Origin: Alphaproteobacteria bacterium | GTDB taxonomy: Bacteria; Pseudomonadota; Alphaproteobacteria; UBA8317 | Reading direction: 5' to 3' | Assembly: GCA_038131935.1 (NCBI GenBank) | Contig: JAYPQH010000030.1 | Location: forward strand, 94,302 to 158,301 | DNA length: 64,000 nucleotides | Shown here: piece after piece, positions 57,801-64,000 of the stretch | Layout: each line of letters starts with the position of its first letter | Numbering within the stretch: position 1 is the stretch's first letter | Translations under genes and position numbers: made by a program | Notes under the pieces: generated by a model | Seen by the model: only the letters and a program-made list of their open reading frames with translations | What the model was told of the DNA's origin: nothing | The model's database searches: none

Positions 57801-60800
57801 GCGGCTCGGTTTTGGATGATGACGGCGGTCCGCTCGAGACTATCCAGTCGACTCTTTCGTTCGATGTGTCGGGTGACGTCGATATCAGGAGCACCGGCAC
57901 TGTCCGGCTCTCCACGTCCAGCGCGGGTGGACTGGTTGATATCTTCTCGACAGGCGTTCTCCGAGTCGATGGACAGATGGACTCGAACGCCAATATGTCG
58001 TTGACCAGCTGGGGCGACCTGTCCACCGCCGCCGTGGTTACCTCGGTCAGCGGCCGTGTGGACCTCGCTAGCCTCGGTGGTGATGTGTCCGCGATCGGTG
58101 ACGTCGTGTCTCGTGGGGACGGGGCTCGACGGTACCGTGAGCCTCTACTCGGCCGGTAACCTCACGGCCACTGATGTTGCTGGCGGTGACGGTGGCGGGA
58201 TCATTGTCGAGAGTGTGTCCGGATCGGTGGCCCAGGCATCAGACAGCGTGTGGTCGGGCGACACGATCGTGATCGAATCAGACGGCTCGGTAGGGACTGA
58301 CTCGGCCCCCGTCACGATCCTCTCAGACACATTAGCTATCGAGTCGATGACCGATGTCTGGGTGACCTCAGCGGAATCATTCTCTGTCGGATACGAGACA
58401 CTTTCTGGCCGAAACCTATCAGGAATAACGTCGGTTTCCGGTGGCGACGTGAGCCTGTCCGTGACCGGTCCCGGTGGTATCCTGGAGGTCGATACCGAGA
58501 TCAGGACCAACGGTACGGGCGCCGTCAACCTCTCGGCTGACGGTTCGCTCGGTGTCGTTAGGCTGGGCGGACAGGTTGTTGGCTCGGGCGGTGACTTCTA
58601 CGTTAACGCGGGCGGCTCGGTCCAGGTAGTGTCCGACGGTTCGACAGCATTAGGTGACCGGGTTAGGTTCTCGGGCCGGTCGGTCTACGAGGCCAGCTCT
58701 GGGATCCGGTTTGTGGCCGTGGACGGTTCAGACACGGGCGGTTTCTTGTCGAGCTACCTCAGTGACGGGATCATCAGCGTAGTCGGCGATCAGACTTTAC
58801 TCGACGGCCAGGGTCTGATCCTGTCGGTTAACTCGGTAGACTCGTATGGCGGGCTGGAGGTTGATGGCTCACTGACACTCGCGGGCTCGAGCGAGCTCGT
58901 GCTCGAGGTCGATCCGGACTTAGACCTCAGGGGCCAGACGCTTGACCTGATCAGTGCGGGCTCCGTGACCGGAAGTTTCGGTTCAGCCCGTGGCCTGTTT
59001 GGCTATGGTGACCTGTCAGAATTCTTGAGGCTCGAGACGGTCGACGGGGTCGGAACTGACCGGGTTACTGTCAGCGAGTCCGACCGTCCGGTCGCCGACA
59101 CTCTTAAGATCACCCCGCACAACGACTCGGACGCTGACAGCCTCGGGATGCTATTTAACCCGGACTACTTCGGTGAGGGGCAGAGCTACGTGGTGGGTAT
59201 GACGCTCGGTGCGGCCGACTTCTTCACCGTCGACGGAGACTTCGTGCTGTCCCAAGACACCGCCGACGCTGCGACCACCCGGGCCGATGGATCTGTCGGT
59301 ACCGGCCTAGTCGACGCTCATCGCTGGCTGATCGGGGGCACCGGGCTTGACGGGTTCGTGGGCCTAAACGGGCCCTACCGTCTGGACACCGACCACGACG
59401 GCGACCTGGCCGACGAGTCAACCAACAGCTCCGCGGTGGGTCTCGAGCTGCAAGATATCGACGTCGGTCTGGCCATCTACCTAGATAGGACCAGTACCGA
59501 CGGGTACCTGGCCGTCTCTGCGTCGACCTCGACCGCGTCAGACGTGGGGGTCCCGGTGTTTGACGTCACGGTCAACGACCTGAACGTCAACCTCAACCTA
59601 TCGACCAGCGGTTCGTCGGTCCTCGATCTTGCTGGCGACGCCGCGCTCACGGTCCCTATTGACGCCACCGGTGCTACCACAACACTCGACTTTGATGGCC
59701 AGCGGGGCACGCTCGTGCAGGCGGCCGGAGACATCGACGTCCGGGTCGACGAGCTGATGACTGTGTCTGGCTCGGTCGCGTTCGAGCGATCCACACGCGA
59801 TCTAACGTTGGCTAACGGGTCTACGACCCGTGCCGACATGCTCAGCTTTGGTGGTGACGGCCTCGATGCACAGCTGGGCGCTGGCTCGGTCGGCCTCACC
59901 GTCTCAGATCTCGCGTTCGGTGCGGCTGTGTTTAGCTCTCAGTCACCCGACCTGGGTGACGCCCGCTGGGCGTCCCTGACAGCGACCGCCGGCGGTGTCA
60001 CTCCGTCGGCTGTTGGGTCGGCGTCGGTCGGTGCGAGCGACCTGTCGGTCGAGGTGAACATGGTCCACGGCCTACCTTCAGGTATCGCGGGAGACCGGAT
60101 GGTGATCGACTACAGTCCGGACGCAACCGGTGCAATCGATATCCTCACCGGTCCCGACTCGTCTGCGTCTATCGACTTCGATGGCTCGCTTGGGCAGCTC
60201 TTGAAGGCAAGCGGATCAATGTCGATCAAGGTCGGAGACTTCCTCGAACTCAGTGGCTCGCTCGGTTTCGAGCGGAGCCTCCAGACGGTGTTAGTCGACG
60301 GCCAGTCCGTGACCACCGAGATGATCAGCGTCGGGGGCGCCGACCTCGAGGGTTTCGTGGGCATCGGCCCGTACCGGATAGATCTCGACAGCGACGGACG
60401 GGTGGATCAAGACGAGATCAACCCAGACGCGCGCGGCTTCGTGGTCAGTGGCGTCAGTTTCGGGATGGGGACCTTCTCTGACCAGAACTCCGACCGCCAG
60501 TGGACCGCGGCCCATGCCGAGGCCGGTACGGTGGGCGGCATGCTTGGGATACCTGAAGACGTCAGCCTCGACATCTTTGACCTCGGGGTCGGGCTCAACC
60601 TGGCTGCCGCGGACGGATCAGTGATCGATTTCTACGAGATCAACGGGGACCTGAACACGCAGTCGCTGGATATTCTGGCCGGCACCGGCCAGACCGTCTC
60701 GCTGGACTTTGACGGCCAGCGTGGTGAGCTCAGGCGCGCGACCGTCGGGGCGCAGTTATCGGTCGGCGACTTCTTCCATGTGGGTGGCCAGATGGCGGTC

Positions 60801-63800
60801 GAGACCTCCGCGGTAGAAGTCTTACTCGCCGATGGCTCGGCTACGACAACTGACCTGCTGACGATCGGTGGTAGCGGGCTCAACGCGTTCGTGGGTGCCG
60901 GTGGACCGTACCGCTCGGATACTAACGGTGACGGTGTAATCGACCTCGACGACGCGATCAACCCAGACGCGACCGGACTCTCAGCGACCGGTGTCGAGTT
61001 CGGGTTGGGTCTGTTTGACGAGCCGGGCGCCAACGGCCGGTCGTGGACCGCGCTGGTCGCCAACGCGGCCGAGGTCTCCATGGTCGGGACCGAGGGCGTC
61101 ACGGCAGTGGCTAGGGCCGTGTCTGTCGAGCTGAGCAACGCAACAGACGGCCAAGGAACACGTTTGTCAGATAGCTTGGTCCTCGACCTCGCGTCGCTGC
61201 CCGGGGGAGGTCTCGCGATCGCGACCGGTCTGAGTACACAGGTGACGCTGTCCACCGAGGGCTCTAAGGGACAGCTGGCGAGGGCCTCGGGGGACTTCAG
61301 TGTGTCCGTGTCGGGCGTCGCCGAGATCCACGGGACGCTGGCGTTTGAGCAGTCCAGGGGATTCGTGAGTCTGGCCAACGGCTCTACCGTCGAGGTCACG
61401 CAGCTGACCGTCGGTGGCGACGCGCTCAGCGTGTTTGCGGGCGTTGGCGGTCCCTACTTTATCGATACTAACGGTGACGGGATAGTGTCTGCCACTGAGA
61501 CCGACCGTAACACCAACTCGGTCGGATTCGCGGTCGACAACGCCTCCCTGAGGATGGGTATATTCAGCGCGGACCGCGGCGCGGTGAGGGGTATGGATGG
61601 CGCACGCTGGCTCGGCCTCGATCTTTCCGCGACCGCGGTTGGTTTCGTGGGCACCGACTCCGTGACCGCCAGCGCATCAGACCTGTCTCTCCAGATCAAT
61701 CAGGTGCTCGGCGATACGTTTGGGATCGACCGAGACCGTTACGTGATCGACTTCGAGTCGCTCCCAGTGGACGTCGAGACGGGCTCGAGGATCGAGACTC
61801 TTGACGTGACCGGTGGCCTCGGAGAGATGATCAGTGCCACCGCTCAGCTAGAGATAGCGGTCGGTGGCTTCGCGTATCTCAGTGGCGGGTTTGGGTTTGG
61901 CTGGGGCCGTCGCCGGCTCGCGACAAGTGACGGTAACACTCATGAGCACGATGTCCTCGAGGTCGGCGCCAGCGGCGTGGTCGGCTTCGCGGGCATCAAC
62001 GGCGGTCAGTTGGTCGACACTGATGGTGATGGTGACATCGACTCGGATGACACCGTCAATCAGAACAGCGCAGGCGTAAGTATGTCGGGCGTGGATCTCG
62101 GGATGGTTTTTGCTGCCGACCGGAGTACCGGGTCGCAGCGGTTCGCGCTGGACGCCGATGTTGGCTCAGTGAGTCTCGTCGGTTTGTCTGACCTGACGGC
62201 CCAGATCGACACCGCGAGTCTGGCGCTCAACTTAGCCGGCTCTGATGGTGCGGTGCTTGACCTGTCCGGCGGGCTTGAGGTTGCGACCGGTCCAGACTCC
62301 TCGAGGACCCTGTCGCTTGACGGCGACACCGGTGAATTAATGGCCGTGAACGCCAACGTCGCCCTCGGCCTCGGTGGCGGGGTCTCGTTCTCTGGGGGAA
62401 TCAGCCTCGAGAAGTCGGCGGGTGAAGTGACACTTGCCAGCGGGGATGCCCAGATCGCGACAGACAGGCTCCTGATTGGTGGGGCCGACCTGACCGGTTC
62501 GGTTGGCGAACCCGGTGGCCTTGGTCTCGAATTCTCCGGTGTTGACTTGGCTCTGGCGGTGTTTGACGCGGTCGATGGTCAGCGGACGGCGTCTGGTGTG
62601 TCACTCGATACCCTCCAGTGGTACGCGGCGAGTGCCTCGGTCGGTGGGGCCTCGTTCCGTGGAGTAGAAGACCTCACTCTGGGTATCGATTCGCTCGCGG
62701 TCAGCGTCAACCAGGTCAATGGATCAATCGGGGCAGTCGACCCTGATGATCTCGTGATTGACTTCGCGGCGTCACCACTGACGGTGACACTGTCGTCTGA
62801 GACGTCCCGCGTGATTGATATGCCCGGCGCAGACGGTCGCCAGGTCTCCATCGCAGGAACCGTCGATCTCGCAATCGGGGACACCATAGCGCTGAGCGGC
62901 GACATGGCGTTCGCGATGTCCCGGGGCGACCTGAAGGTTTCGGGCGGCAACGATGGGTCGGTTGATGCCAGCCTGATACACGTCTCGGGCGCAGACATCG
63001 CTGCCAGATACATGTCGGCGGGGCCTGATAGTCTCGGTGTAGACCTCCAGGGGCTTGGTTTTGACCTGGTCATCGCGTCTGACCGCGGAAGTAGTGACCG
63101 TTGGCTCGGTCTCTCGGCGGTCGCGTCGAGCGCGTCATTAGTAGGCTTACAAGACACTGGGCTCGCGCTTGCTGGGGAAAACCTGGCGCTTGCGGTCAAC
63201 ATGGGTCTGGGTCAAACCGATAGTGTGATCGACTGGGCGACAACCGGAGCGGTTGGTGCATCGGGCGTCATGCTCGGTATGAACGATTATCGCCTCGCGT
63301 TGTCGGGCTCGGTTGCGATTGCGATGGATCAGGCGAGCCTCTCGGGACAGGTACTGGTGGAGGTTCATCGTGGCGATGTCACCGTCGGAGGTGTCTCGGT
63401 CGCGACCACAGGTCTCATGATCGGTGCGGATGATCTTAGTGGCTCGGTCTCCGGGGTCGAGGTTCAAGGTCTCGAGGCAGGCCTTGTCTTAGTCCGAGCC
63501 GACACTGGCTCGGATACAGACAGCCGCGGCTGGCTATCCATGCGTGCGTCCGCTGATACCGTCTCGCTAGACTCCGAGGCACTCGGTCTGCCTGACCTCC
63601 TCGACGCGACCGCGACCAATCTCCGCTTCGGTATCAACACTGGGTTTGGCCAGTACCACGGGGAGACCAATCGGTCTGTCCTAGACCTTGCGGGTGACCG
63701 TGCGATCTCAGTTAGCTCTCAGGTCGACGGTTCTGGTGCCAGCACGGTTTTGGATTTTGACGGTGCGGACGGTGTCCAAGTCTCGATCGATTTCGACGGC

Positions 63801-64000
63801 GAGATCGCTGTCGGTACGGTACTTGCGATACAGGGCAGCTTCGGGATCCAGAGGGTCGGTAACCGCCAGGTGTTCCTCAAGGACGCGGAGCAGCACGTGA
63901 CGATGGCCGCGACCACGATCGTAGCGACTGGCGTCTCAGGCCGAGCTGGCTTAAACGTTGATGATACGGGAAGCTTCCAGGGACTCAGCCTGTCTGATGG
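30818..64000 (+). CDS. Giant LEPR-XLL-leader repeat protein (putative adhesin or surface protein), >11,000 aa, incomplete at window end
   Basis: LEDRILLSAD leader motif. ORFs 30815-36349, 36383-55369, 55297-56565 and 56228-58159, plus an unlisted frame from ~58121 that is in the same phase at the window end, join by small indels with repeat continuity. Composition is Gly/Ser/Ala/Asp/Val-rich, beta-solenoid-like. Confidence 0.88.

Larger units (their letters stand above)
17190..64000. mobile_element. Accessory genomic island starting at the tRNA-Arg 3' end (right boundary outside window)
   Basis: Core genes stop at the tRNA; AT-rich spacers, gene fragments and surface/secretion genes follow, with clear composition shifts. 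No integrase or att repeat seen. Confidence 0.6.

Noticed and set aside
30946-63916. Dozens of minus-strand and alternate-frame ORFs of 60-377 aa inside the giant gene
   Set aside because: Shadow ORFs from biased codon use (Ser/Thr/Pro/Ala-rich antisense translations) with no motifs.
1-64000. CRISPR array, integrase, transposase or rRNA
   Set aside because: No regularly spaced nucleotide repeats or recognisable recombinase/transposase motifs seen; the giant gene's repeats are diverged at DNA level.

Overview
Alphaproteobacterial chromosome segment with two parts. Bases 1-17.2 kb are core genes: dapE-dapD-nucleotidase-argB-engB, an ethylmalonyl-CoA cluster (mcd, ccr, ecm), gluQ, alkA-like, yidC-yidD-rnpA-rpmH, an RfaH/NusG paralog, an HNH nuclease and tRNA-Arg(CCT). 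An accessory island follows the tRNA. Its centre is a tightly coupled minus-strand operon: TolC, MFP, GAF-MFP, PqqD/RRE-like+M50 peptidase+MFP fusion, C-terminally truncated SecA-like ATPase and SapC, with a second SapC convergent on it. The operon has no ABC transporter. It is divergent from one giant, acidic, apparently Cys-free repeat protein gene with an N-terminal LEPR-XLL-type leader (30818 to beyond the window end, >11,000 codons once a few indels are bridged). This is a candidate uncharacterised SecA/M50/TolC export system for giant surface proteins. The two divergent upstream regions are a ~385-bp diverged inverted duplication containing a regulator C-terminus, promoter-like blocks and the leader coding sequence. 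Many genes, including housekeeping ones, carry 1-2 nt indels, so most frameshifts are probably read or assembly errors. All product calls come from motif recognition by eye; no database search was run.
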